Shown here: piece after piece, positions 1-8,720 of the stretch
How positions within the stretch are numbered: position 1 is the stretch's first letter
How the letters are laid out: each line of letters starts with the position of its first letter
Origin: Clostridia bacterium
Lineage (GTDB): Bacteria > Bacillota > Clostridia > Oscillospirales > CAG-272
NCBI GenBank assembly: GCA_017462485.1
Contig: JAFTRA010000018.1
Span: 13,667-77,666 of the forward strand
Reading direction: 5' to 3'
Length of the DNA stretch: 64,000 nucleotides
Position numbers and translations under genes: made by a program
Notes under the pieces: generated by a model
Seen by the model: only the letters and a program-made list of their open reading frames with translations
Told to the model about the DNA's origin: nothing
The model's database searches: none

Positions 1-279
1 AAATGTACGCCCGACGGAAGAGTGTGCGAAACTGTTGACAGAGAAAATCTTAAATCGGTAGCTACTCCGCAGGGCTTCAGAACAGATATTTATAAAAGAG
101 CGATTGAGAGCGTACCTGAGTTAACGTCGGATATAACAGATGACAATATGCTGGCAGAAAAAATCGGAATATATCCTTATTGCGTAGAAACCTTACCTAC
201 AAATATAAAAATAACCGCACCCTCGGATATCGAGCTTGCGGAGTATATTATTACTAAAAGGGAGCGGGGCAAAGTATGA
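1..279 (+). CDS. ispD: 2-C-methyl-D-erythritol 4-phosphate cytidylyltransferase, C-terminal fragment (gene starts upstream of the window)
   Basis: Frame 1 is open from nt 1. The sequence ...[18 protein letters not shown]... resembles the IspD C-terminal region. Its stop overlaps the ispF start (ATGA, 276-279). Confidence 0.8.
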   Translation, partial: KCTPDGRVCETVDRENLKSVATPQGFRTDIYKRAIESVPELTSDITDDNMLAEKIGIYPYCVETLPTNIKITAPSDIELAEYIITKRERGKV

Positions 280-761
280 AAGAGATGCGAATAGGACACG
301 GTTATGACGTTCACCGTCTGACCGAGGGCAGACGGCTCATTATAGGAGGAGTAGAGATTCCTCATTCCATGGGACTTCTCGGTCATTCGGACGCCGACGT
401 TCTTTTGCACGCTATTATGGACTCAATTATAGGCGCTTTGGCTCTCGGTGATATAGGAAAGCATTTTCCCGATACGTCCGATGAGTTTTTTGGTATAAGC
501 AGTATGCACCTTGTAACAAGGGTTAAGAAAATGCTTGACGAAAGAGGCGGCAGAATAATCAATCTTGATTCGACGTTGATTATGCAAAAGCCAAAGGTTG
601 CGCCGTATATAGAAAAAATGCGAGAAAATATAGCATTCGCTCTTGGTTGCGAAAAGGAACGTATAAACGTTAAAGCAACAACCGAGGAAAAGCTTGGTTT
701 TACCGGTCGTGAGGAAGGAGTAAGCGCTCACGCGGTCGTTCTTCTGGAAATAGATAATTAA
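276..761 (+). CDS. ispF: 2-C-methyl-D-erythritol 2,4-cyclodiphosphate synthase
   Basis: 161 aa. IspF signatures GHGYDVHRL and [30 protein letters not shown] are present. Confidence 0.95.
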   Translation: MKEMRIGHGYDVHRLTEGRRLIIGGVEIPHSMGLLGHSDADVLLHAIMDSIIGALALGDIGKHFPDTSDEFFGISSMHLVTRVKKMLDERGGRIINLDSTLIMQKPKVAPYIEKMRENIAFALGCEKERINVKATTEEKLGFTGREEGVSAHAVVLLEIDN

Positions 762-986
762 TTTCGTTTTCGGGTCGGCCGTAAAATTTTCACGGCAGGC
801 GGTATAGCCCCAAGACCCGAAATATATTAAGGCAAAGTGATGGCTCGAATGAAACTCAAACGTCCTTATCTTTACTGTCTGCGAGCTCATATATGCCGTA
901 TCTTGCCCTTAATATTTTATGTAATTAATAATTTAAAGTGCAACATTATTAAAATAGTATATTACAAGTATAAGGGGATAAAGCTT

Positions 987-1631
987 ATGATAAAAATCTC
1001 TCCATCAGTGCTTGCTTCGGATTTTGCAAGGCTTGGCGAAGAAGTGCTTGATATTGAAAAAAACGGTGCCGATATGGTTCATCTTGACGTAATGGACGGT
1101 ATGTTCGTTACAAACATTTCTTTTGGTCTTCCCGTTATTGAAGCGTTGAGAAAGACCAGTAATATTATTTTTGACGTTCATCTTATGATAGAAGCGCCCG
1201 AGCGTTACGCAAAGCGCTTTATCGAAGCGGGAGCGGATATACTTACGTTCCATTATGAAGCTACAGAAAAGCCGGGAGAGCTTCTTGATTTTATAAGAGA
1301 TAACGGAGCAAAAGCGGCAATATCCATAAAGCCTAATACTCCTGCTTCTGTGCTGTTTCCGTATCTCGAAAAATGCGATATGGTGCTAGTTATGACGGTT
1401 GAGCCGGGGTATGGCGGTCAAGCCCTGATTCCCGAAACTCTTCTTAAGGTGCGAGAGCTTCGTGATGAAATCGAAAAGCGCGGACTTAACGTTGATGTTC
1501 AGGTTGACGGCGGAATCAAGCCAGAAAACGCAAAGGCTGCAATTTCTGCGGGAGCAAATATTCTTGTTGCGGGAAGCTCGGTATTCAAGGCTAATGACAG
1601 AAAGGCTGCAATCAACGCATTGAGAAGCTGA
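987..1631 (+). CDS. rpe: ribulose-phosphate 3-epimerase
   Basis: I rejected the ORF-track start at 837. ATG 987 follows an AAGGGGA SD and gives MIKISPSVLASDF.... Motifs HLDVMDGMFV, DVHLMI, MTVEPGYGGQ and VDGGI are present. Confidence 0.93.
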   Translation: MIKISPSVLASDFARLGEEVLDIEKNGADMVHLDVMDGMFVTNISFGLPVIEALRKTSNIIFDVHLMIEAPERYAKRFIEAGADILTFHYEATEKPGELLDFIRDNGAKAAISIKPNTPASVLFPYLEKCDMVLVMTVEPGYGGQALIPETLLKVRELRDEIEKRGLNVDVQVDGGIKPENAKAAISAGANILVAGSSVFKANDRKAAINALRS

Positions 1632-1667
1632 TAAGAGAGAAATAAATATTCAAGATATAAGTATAAT

Positions 1668-1699
1668 AAAAAAGTGGCGAGAAAATCGCCACTTTTTTT
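1668..1699. terminator. bidirectional intrinsic terminator between rpe (+) and ruvB (-)
   Basis: Stem GTGGCGA (1674-1680) pairs with TCGCCAC (1686-1692) around a 5-nt loop. An A-run lies 5' and a T7 run 3'. Confidence 0.8.
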
Positions 1700-1747
1700 A
1701 CCGGCAGAACAAATTCTGCCTAAAAATATTATTCGTTTTTATAAAAA

Positions 1748-2788
1748 TCAAACATTAACTCCATTGATAAATGGAATTCCAAGATGGTCATACGCAAGCT
1801 TTGTTGCGCATCTGCCTCTTGGAGTTCTCGCAAGGAATCCTATCTGCATAAGATAAGGCTCGTACACATCTTCGATTGTTATAGCCTCTTCGCCTATCGT
1901 AGCCGACAAGGTGTCAAGCCCCACAGGACCGCCACCGTAGAACTTTATAATTGCTTCGAGCATTCTTCTATCGGTATTGTCTAGTCCGAGCTCGTCAATC
2001 TCTAGCGCTTCAAGGGCGTATTTCGCTATTTCGGAGGTAATTGTTCCGTCGCCTTTTACAAGGGCAAAATCGCGAACTCTTTTCAGCAGTCTGTTAGCAA
2101 TTCTCGGCGTACCTCTTGAACGTGTTGCGATTCCGAGCGCGCCTTCATCCGTTATTTCTATACCCAGTATTCCGGCAGAGCGCTTTACTATTGATGAAAG
2201 CTCCTCGGGAGTATAAAGCTCGAGCTTAAGAAGAACGCCGAATCTGTCACGCAAGGGAGTAGTGAGCTGACCCGCTCTAGTTGTAGCTCCGATAAGCGTG
2301 AATTTCGGAATAGGCAAGCGTATTGAGCGTGCGCTCGGACCTTTACCTATAATTATATCAAGAGAGTAGTCTTCCATAGCGGGATAAAGTATTTCTTCTA
2401 TTGCCTTTGAGAGACGGTGAACCTCGTCTATGAAGAGAACGTCTCCTTCGCCAAGATTGGTTAGAATTGCGGCAAGGTCACCCTGCTTTTCAATGGCGGG
2501 GCCGGAAGTCGTACGTATGTTTACGCCCATTTCTGCGGCAATAATACCCGCAAGCGTAGTTTTACCGAGACCCGGAGGGCCGTAGAGGAGAACGTGGTCG
2601 AGAGCCTCGCCTCTTTTTTTTGCGCTTTCGATATATATTTTGAGATTTGATTTTGCTTTTTCCTGACCTATGTAATCCACAAGAGCCTTGGGGCGCAGGG
2701 AATTTTCAACCTCATAATCTTGATTGCCATCGTACTCGGTAGATACTATTCGATTTTCAAAATCAAATTCATTAACTTCGTCCATCAT
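1748..2788 (-). CDS. ruvB: Holliday junction branch migration DNA helicase RuvB
   Basis: 346 aa. Walker [12 protein letters not shown] and LFIDEVHRL are present, and the whole sequence looks like RuvB. Confidence 0.97.
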   Translation of the reverse strand: MMDEVNEFDFENRIVSTEYDGNQDYEVENSLRPKALVDYIGQEKAKSNLKIYIESAKKRGEALDHVLLYGPPGLGKTTLAGIIAAEMGVNIRTTSGPAIEKQGDLAAILTNLGEGDVLFIDEVHRLSKAIEEILYPAMEDYSLDIIIGKGPSARSIRLPIPKFTLIGATTRAGQLTTPLRDRFGVLLKLELYTPEELSSIVKRSAGILGIEITDEGALGIATRSRGTPRIANRLLKRVRDFALVKGDGTITSEIAKYALEALEIDELGLDNTDRRMLEAIIKFYGGGPVGLDTLSATIGEEAITIEDVYEPYLMQIGFLARTPRGRCATKLAYDHLGIPFINGVNV

Positions 2789-2803
2789 AATTTCAGTACC
2801 TCC

Positions 2804-3418
2804 TTATCTTGAAAGCTTTTTTAAAGCTACTCTTATTATTTCACCTACGTCCATATTCGTATCAACGTCTTTGAGAACGTTGAGAATGGTATTCTTATCA
2901 TATCCGAGTACCATAAGTGCCTCGGTAGCTTCGGAGAAGTTTTTTCCACGAGCGGTTGATGCCTTTGAAACAGAGCTTGTAGCAAGTGCGGAAAAATCCG
3001 AAACCGAAAAATCCTTGGATATTTTATCTTTCAGCTCAAGAACGATTCTTGCCGCGGTTTTAGAGCCTATGCCGGGAGCCTTTGCGATTGACTTTATATC
3101 TTCGGAGCATATTGCGGTAGCAAGAGCCTCGGGAGGAAGTACCGACAAAATGCTCATAGCAACCTTTGGACCGACTCCGCTGACGGAGGTGAGTCTGTTA
3201 AAGCAAACTCTTTCATCATCTGTTCCAAAGCCGAAAAGCTCAATTCCGTCTTCTCTGACTGCAAGATATGTAAAAAGCTTGACCTTTTTGCCAACGTAAG
3301 AGGCGAGACTTTCAGAGGTTATCTGGCTAACCGTAAGCTTATATCCAACTCCGGAACAGTCAATAACGCAAGTATTAAGGTCTTTATAGGCAAGCTCTCC
3401 CATTATATAATAAAACAT
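2804..3418 (-). CDS. ruvA: Holliday junction DNA-binding protein RuvA
   Basis: I moved the start to ATG 3418, giving MFYYIMGEL, a canonical RuvA N-terminus. The ORF-track start at 3478 would overlap the upstream gene. HhH motifs VSGVGPKVAMSIL and APGIGSKTAARIV are present. Confidence 0.92.
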   Translation of the reverse strand: MFYYIMGELAYKDLNTCVIDCSGVGYKLTVSQITSESLASYVGKKVKLFTYLAVREDGIELFGFGTDDERVCFNRLTSVSGVGPKVAMSILSVLPPEALATAICSEDIKSIAKAPGIGSKTAARIVLELKDKISKDFSVSDFSALATSSVSKASTARGKNFSEATEALMVLGYDKNTILNVLKDVDTNMDVGEIIRVALKKLSR

Positions 3419-3422
3419 ACGC

Positions 3423-3632
3423 TTAACCGTTCCTTTCGTTTGTTTCTTTAGGTATAACGCTCTTGATTGCTTTTTCAAGAGTCTCTCTTTGCAGCGTTAA
3501 ATCTCTTTTGCAGCCGACGCAAGCGATTCTTACGTCACTACCGGAGCGTATAACGGTAAATTTATCAGAGCCGCAGGGATGCTTTTTCTTCATAACAAGA
3601 ACGTCGCCTGCGGAAAATTTAATCAAAGGCAT
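3423..3632 (-). CDS. DUF951-family small protein (YyzM-like)
   Basis: 69 aa. The pattern KKKHPCG...CVGC is typical of DUF951 proteins. It lies 4 nt upstream of ruvA on the same strand. Confidence 0.7.
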   Translation of the reverse strand: MPLIKFSAGDVLVMKKKHPCGSDKFTVIRSGSDVRIACVGCKRDLTLQRETLEKAIKSVIPKETNERNG

Positions 3633-3733
3633 AAGCTCCTCCGAGTTTATAAAAATCCAATATATATTTTATCATAAACAAAATAAAAAGTAAAGTTTTT
3701 TCGAGTTATTTTTTAATATTTTAAAATAAATAA

Positions 3734-3762
3734 TTGACTGTATGGTTAATTTGTGGTACAAT
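3734..3762 (+). promoter_or_regulatory. sigma-A-type promoter for ruvC
   Basis: TTGACT (3734-3739), 17-nt spacer, TACAAT (3757-3762). Confidence 0.55.
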
Positions 3763-3844
3763 AATATGAAAAACTGTGACCGTTTTTTAGATAAACCATA
3801 TAATTCAATTCTTGCGTATAAGAGCAGAAAGGAGGCTATCTCGC

Positions 3845-4345
3845 TTGATAATACTTGGAATTGACCCGGGACTTGCAATAGTCGGCTGGGCTGTAATAGA
3901 AACAAACAGAGGTAATTCAAGACCAATAGCGTACGGAGCGATAAGAACACCGGCTCATACGCTTATCGAATCGCGTCTTGCCATTATTGAGAGTGATTTG
4001 AACTTGATAATTGATAAATACAAGCCTGATGAGATGGCTGTGGAAGAGCTGTTCTTCAATACGAATATAACTACGGGAATCGCGGTAGCCGAAGCAAGAG
4101 GAATTATACTTTGTACAGCGTATAAGCGCGGTGTTAAAATAAGCGAATATACGCCTCTTCAGGTAAAGCAGGCGGTTGTAGGATACGGAAAAGCGGAGAA
4201 GCATCAGGTAATAGCTATGGTAACCTCAATTCTAAAGCTTCCGTCACCACCAAAACCCGATGACACGGCAGATGCCGTTGCAATAGCACTTTGCCACGCC
4301 CAGTCAAGCGGCTCGGCAATGGGCAGATATTTCAATCAGAGATAA
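3845..4345 (+). CDS. ruvC: crossover junction endodeoxyribonuclease RuvC
   Basis: TTG start at 3845 follows an AAAGGAGG SD. Motifs ILGIDPGLAIVGWAVIE, EELFFN and DDTADAVAIALCH are present. Confidence 0.9.
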   Translation: MIILGIDPGLAIVGWAVIETNRGNSRPIAYGAIRTPAHTLIESRLAIIESDLNLIIDKYKPDEMAVEELFFNTNITTGIAVAEARGIILCTAYKRGVKISEYTPLQVKQAVVGYGKAEKHQVIAMVTSILKLPSPPKPDDTADAVAIALCHAQSSGSAMGRYFNQR

Positions 4346-4355
4346 GGATTTCTAT

Positions 4356-5219
4356 ATGTGGATTGCAGATAATTGGAAAGATTATACTATACTTGATACC
4401 TCCTCGGGCGAGAAGCTTGAGCTTTGGGGCAAATACAGTCTTGTGCGCCCCGACCCGCAGGTAATATGGAAGAGCGAAAAGAAAAATCCTTTATGGAAAA
4501 AGGCTGACGCAAGCTATAAACGCAGTCATTCAGGCGGCGGTGCTTGGAATGAAAATAAACTCCCGGAGTCCTGGACTATAAATTATAAGGACCTCACCTT
4601 CCGTATAAAGCCTATGGGCTTTAAGCATACAGGACTTTTTCCCGAGCAGGCAACCAACTGGGATTGGATGCGAGAGCTTATAGAAAAGGCGGATAGACCG
4701 ATAAACGTACTTAACCTCTTTGCATATACGGGTGGCGCAACGGTAGCCTGCGCCAAAGCGGGAGCTTCGGTTTGCCACGTTGACGCATCAAAGGGAATGG
4801 TAGCACAGGCTAAAGAGAACGCCAGACTTTCAGGTCTTGCGGACGCTCCTATACGCTATATAGTTGATGACTGCAAGAAGTTTATAGAGCGTGAAATAAG
4901 ACGCGGTCATAAGTACGACGCTATAATTATGGATCCGCCCTCATATGGAAGAGGACCTACGGGCGAGGTATGGAAGATAGAGGAAAACATTGATGATTTC
5001 GTTGAGCTAACCTCAAACGTTCTTTCAGATAAGCCCCTTTTCTTCCTGCTTAATTCCTATACTACGGGACTTTCCGCATCTACGATGAAGTACATTACGA
5101 ATATAAGACTCTTAAGTCGTTTTAAGGGCGTAAGCTCCGCTGACGAATTGGGACTTCCCGTGCGTGATAGTAAGCTTGAGCTTCCTTGCGGCTCAAGTGT
5201 AAGAGTGGTATTTTCATAA
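4356..5219 (+). CDS. class I SAM-dependent (rRNA-type, RlmI/RlmK-like) methyltransferase
   Basis: 287 aa. SAM-binding segment NLFAYTGGATVACAKAG and motif IV IIMDPPSYG are present. Confidence 0.75.
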   Translation: MWIADNWKDYTILDTSSGEKLELWGKYSLVRPDPQVIWKSEKKNPLWKKADASYKRSHSGGGAWNENKLPESWTINYKDLTFRIKPMGFKHTGLFPEQATNWDWMRELIEKADRPINVLNLFAYTGGATVACAKAGASVCHVDASKGMVAQAKENARLSGLADAPIRYIVDDCKKFIEREIRRGHKYDAIIMDPPSYGRGPTGEVWKIEENIDDFVELTSNVLSDKPLFFLLNSYTTGLSASTMKYITNIRLLSRFKGVSSADELGLPVRDSKLELPCGSSVRVVFS

Positions 5220-5236
5220 AAAGAATTGGATTTGAT

Positions 5237-6133
5237 ATGGAAAATTGTATTATTAAAAACGAAAATTTAAGCTTTGTGTATGACGACGAGGGAACTTCCG
5301 TTTCTGCGGTATCAGCGGTTATCCCTCCGGCTCTCGACGACGTAACTGTTTCGATAAAAAAGGGAGAGTATATAGCTGTTCTCGGTCACAACGGCTCTGG
5401 AAAATCGACCTTTGCCAAGCTGCTCAATATGATACTTAAGCCTATTAACGGACGTGTATACATCGATGGTAAGGATATTACCTGCGAGGAATTTACCGAG
5501 GACGAAATGTTCGAGGTAAGAAGTAAGGTTGGAATGGTATTCCAGAATCCCGATAACCAGCTTGTAGCAACCGTTGTCGAGGAGGACGTTGCTTTCGGTC
5601 CCGAGAATCTTGGACTTCCACGCGCCGAAATAAGAAAAAGAGTTGATGAAGCGCTTGACGTTGTGGGAATGGCAGAGTACGCAAATCATGCGCCTCATAA
5701 GCTTTCGGGCGGTCAGAAGCAGAGAGTTGCTATTGCCGGAATAATAGCTATGAAGCCTAAAGTTATTATATTTGATGAATCCACGGCTATGCTTGACCCT
5801 CTCGGAAGACGCGAGGTGCTTGAAATTATGGAAAAGCTTAACCGTGAGGATAATATTACAGTAATAAACATTACTCACTATATGGAAGAAGCCGCCAGGG
5901 CGGATAGAGTTCTTATCATTAACGACGGAAAGCTTCTTTTGGACGGAAGTCCTAGGGAAATCTTTTCAAAGGTAGATTTTCTTCACAGTATTGGGCTTGA
6001 GTCACCACAGGGAACGGAGCTTTTATTTGAGCTTTCGTCGCTTGGGTATGACGTACCAACCGACGCGATATCGGAGGACGAGTGCTACGACGCATTGAAA
6101 ACCCTCTTAGGAAAGGGAGGTAAACTTGCGTGA
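5237..6133 (+). CDS. ecfA1: energy-coupling factor transporter ATPase EcfA1
   Basis: Start set at ATG 5237 (MENCIIKNENL). Walker A GHNGSGKST, signature LSGGQKQRVAIAG and Walker B IIFDEST are present. It is the first gene of the ecfA1-ecfA2-ecfT-truA order. Confidence 0.9.
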   Translation: MENCIIKNENLSFVYDDEGTSVSAVSAVIPPALDDVTVSIKKGEYIAVLGHNGSGKSTFAKLLNMILKPINGRVYIDGKDITCEEFTEDEMFEVRSKVGMVFQNPDNQLVATVVEEDVAFGPENLGLPRAEIRKRVDEALDVVGMAEYANHAPHKLSGGQKQRVAIAGIIAMKPKVIIFDESTAMLDPLGRREVLEIMEKLNREDNITVINITHYMEEAARADRVLIINDGKLLLDGSPREIFSKVDFLHSIGLESPQGTELLFELSSLGYDVPTDAISEDECYDALKTLLGKGGKLA

Positions 6134-6990
6134 ATAAGCTTGAAATAAGAAACGTGTCATTTATTTACGGAAAAGGAACGCCTTTTGAGAGGCGTGCGCT
6201 CGATGACGTTTCGGTAAGCTTTGAGAGCGGAAAAATAACCGGTCTTATAGGTCATACCGGCTCGGGCAAATCTACTCTTGTAAATCTTTTGAACGGATTA
6301 TACAAACCACACGGAGGAGAGGTTTTGCTTGACGGAGTAAGCATATGGGATAAGCCGTCGGAAATAAGCAAAATAAGATACCGTGTAGGTCTTGTTATGC
6401 AGTATCCCGAATATCAGCTTTTTGATGAAACTGTAAGAGGTGATATCGGATTCGCCCCGAGAAATCAAGGTCTTTCTGAAAGCGAGATAAGCGAGAGAGT
6501 TGCGGAAGCAGCGAAATTTACGGGAATCACAGACGAAATGCTTGATAAATCTCCGTTTGAATTATCAGGCGGTCAGAAGAGACGTGTTGCTATCGCGGGA
6601 ATCCTTGCGATGAAGCCTGACGTTCTGGTTCTTGACGAGCCTGCGGCAGGTCTTGACCCCAGAGGCAGAAGAGAGATTCTCGGAGGTCTCTCTGAGTATG
6701 TTAAGCAAAGCGGAATAACTCTTATTCTCGTGAGTCACTCTATGGAGGATATGGCGTATTACTGCGATAACGTAGTAGTTATGAGTGATTCAAAGATATA
6801 CAAAGCGGGAACCGTTGATGAAATATTCTCATCGGCAGAGGAGCTTGAAAAAATAGGACTTGACGTTCCGGTTATATCAAAGATAGCCGCAAGACTTAAA
6901 GCTGACGGCTTTAATCTTGATGGAAAGCTATATACAGTAGAGGGCGTAAAGGACGCTATAATAAAGTATCTCGGAGGTAGTGGAAGATGA
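6130..6990 (+). CDS. ecfA2: energy-coupling factor transporter ATPase EcfA2
   Basis: GTG start overlaps the ecfA1 stop (GTGA). Motifs GHTGSGKST, LSGGQKRRVAIAG and LVLDEPAAGLD are present. Confidence 0.9.
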   Translation: MNKLEIRNVSFIYGKGTPFERRALDDVSVSFESGKITGLIGHTGSGKSTLVNLLNGLYKPHGGEVLLDGVSIWDKPSEISKIRYRVGLVMQYPEYQLFDETVRGDIGFAPRNQGLSESEISERVAEAAKFTGITDEMLDKSPFELSGGQKRRVAIAGILAMKPDVLVLDEPAAGLDPRGRREILGGLSEYVKQSGITLILVSHSMEDMAYYCDNVVVMSDSKIYKAGTVDEIFSSAEELEKIGLDVPVISKIAARLKADGFNLDGKLYTVEGVKDAIIKYLGGSGR

Positions 6991-7853
6991 TTTCAGACAT
7001 TACCTTAGGTCAGTTTTTCCCCGGGAATTCGCCTATTCATAAGCTTGACCCAAGAACGAAGCTTTTGCTTACGGTAGCTTTTATAGTTGCGGTTTTTCTT
7101 GCGAACAGTCCGCTGGCGTTCTTTTCGCTGTTTTTGGCTGTTTTGACCCTTGTTCTTGCCAGCCAAATATCATTTAAAGTTATATTAAAGGGCATAAAGC
7201 CAATAATTTACGTCCTTATTTTTACAGCGCTTATAAATATTTTTATGACGCGCGGCGAGGGAGAGCCTCTTATATCCTTTTATATAATAAAGATATATAA
7301 AGAGGGAATAATAAGGGCATTCTTTATGGCATTCAGAGTTATACTTCTGATTATAGGAACGAGCGTTCTTTTGACTTATACCACGTCTCCTATATCTTTG
7401 ACCGATGGCATAGAAAGCTTGCTTTCTCCTTTAAAGAAAATCGGCGTTCCCGTTCACGTGTTCGCTATGATGATGACGATAGCTTTAAGGTTTATTCCGA
7501 CTCTTATAGAAGAAACGGAAAAAATTATGAATGCGCAAAAGTCACGCGGTGCTGATTTTTCAAGCGGATCGCTTATTAAAAGAGCCAAGGCGCTGATTCC
7601 TTTGCTGATTCCGCTTTTCGTTTCATCGTTCAAGCGCGCCGACGAGCTTGCTATTGCTATGGAGTGCAGGTGCTACCGCGGAGATAAAAACAGAACAAAG
7701 CTAGTAAAGCTTTCATATAAGCCAAAAGATTTCCTTTGGTTTGCTTTCGGTATTTTGTTTATTTCTCTGATGATTGCGTTGAGAATAATACCGCAGCATA
7801 TTTCGGGCTCAATTTCTGAAGAGCTATTTAACTTCTTATTCTTTAAAATTTAA
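6987..7853 (+). CDS. ecfT: energy-coupling factor transporter transmembrane component EcfT
   Basis: 288 aa, polytopic and CbiQ/EcfT-like, with AQKSRGADF. ATGA overlap with ecfA2. Confidence 0.9.
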   Translation: MISDITLGQFFPGNSPIHKLDPRTKLLLTVAFIVAVFLANSPLAFFSLFLAVLTLVLASQISFKVILKGIKPIIYVLIFTALINIFMTRGEGEPLISFYIIKIYKEGIIRAFFMAFRVILLIIGTSVLLTYTTSPISLTDGIESLLSPLKKIGVPVHVFAMMMTIALRFIPTLIEETEKIMNAQKSRGADFSSGSLIKRAKALIPLLIPLFVSSFKRADELAIAMECRCYRGDKNRTKLVKLSYKPKDFLWFAFGILFISLMIALRIIPQHISGSISEELFNFLFFKI

Positions 7854-7895
7854 ACAAGGATTTTGCATAAAGAGGCGTACCGGAGGGGCTTGGAT

Positions 7896-8657
7896 ATGAA
7901 ATATTTTGCTAAAATTAAATATCTCGGAACCCATTTTCACGGCTTCCAGGTTCAACCTGATAAGCGTACCGTTCAAGGAGAATTATGTAAGGCTATGGAT
8001 GAAGTGTTTGGCGTGCCGACAAGGGTCACGGGCTGCAGCCGAACTGATGGAGGAGTTCACGCAAACGAGTTCTGCCTTACTATTGAAAACGAGGGCGGAA
8101 CCGTTCCCGCAGATAAGCTTCCGTTGGCAATTGCAAGATTTCTGCCCAATGATATCTCCTTGATTTTTGCAAAAGAGTGCGATTCTGATTTTCATCCTCG
8201 CTACGATGCGATAGGTAAAGAGTATCTTTACAGAATACTTAATGCAAAGGTTCAAGACCCGTTTGAATTTGGTAGAAGCTGGTTCTTACCGAGAATTATA
8301 ACTGACGAAGGAATAGAGCGTATGCGTAAGGCTTCGGAGTATATTATCGGTGAGCATGATTTTTCCGCATTTATGGCTGCGGGATCGGACACGTCGGATA
8401 CCGTAAGACGTGTGGACTATTTAAAGATAGAACGAGTCGGTGATATCATTGAATTAAGAATTCATGCAAACGGCTTTTTATATAATATGGTAAGAATTAT
8501 AACCGGAACGCTATGCGAGGTTGCGTTCGGCAGATTTTCACCGGAGGATATAAAGAAAATTTTAAACTCGTGTGACAGAATGAGTGCAGGAATGACAGCG
8601 CCCCCAGAGGGACTTTATTTAAACCGTGTTGATTACGATTTTCCAAAGTTACCATAA
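7896..8657 (+). CDS. truA: tRNA pseudouridine(38-40) synthase TruA
   Basis: ATG 7896 follows a GGAGGGG SD. MKYFAKIKYLGTHFHGFQ and the catalytic motif SRTDGGVHA are present. Confidence 0.93.
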   Translation: MKYFAKIKYLGTHFHGFQVQPDKRTVQGELCKAMDEVFGVPTRVTGCSRTDGGVHANEFCLTIENEGGTVPADKLPLAIARFLPNDISLIFAKECDSDFHPRYDAIGKEYLYRILNAKVQDPFEFGRSWFLPRIITDEGIERMRKASEYIIGEHDFSAFMAAGSDTSDTVRRVDYLKIERVGDIIELRIHANGFLYNMVRIITGTLCEVAFGRFSPEDIKKILNSCDRMSAGMTAPPEGLYLNRVDYDFPKLP

Positions 8658-8720
8658 AATTTATATAATATAATTTATCTCCGTGTGGCAAGATTTCAAA
8701 AAGCTGCACGGAGGTTTTTT

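Noticed and set aside
837-986. N-terminally extended ORF-track starts: rpe at 837, ruvA at 3478, rpiR at 22484, cdaA at 29948, hup at 41099, rplK at 59591, rpmG at 60808, ecfA1 at 5186 and glgD at 45868.
   Set aside because: The extensions have no homology-like sequence, often overlap the upstream gene or promoter, and lack an SD. In each case an internal ATG or TTG with a good SD reproduces the canonical N-terminus of the family.
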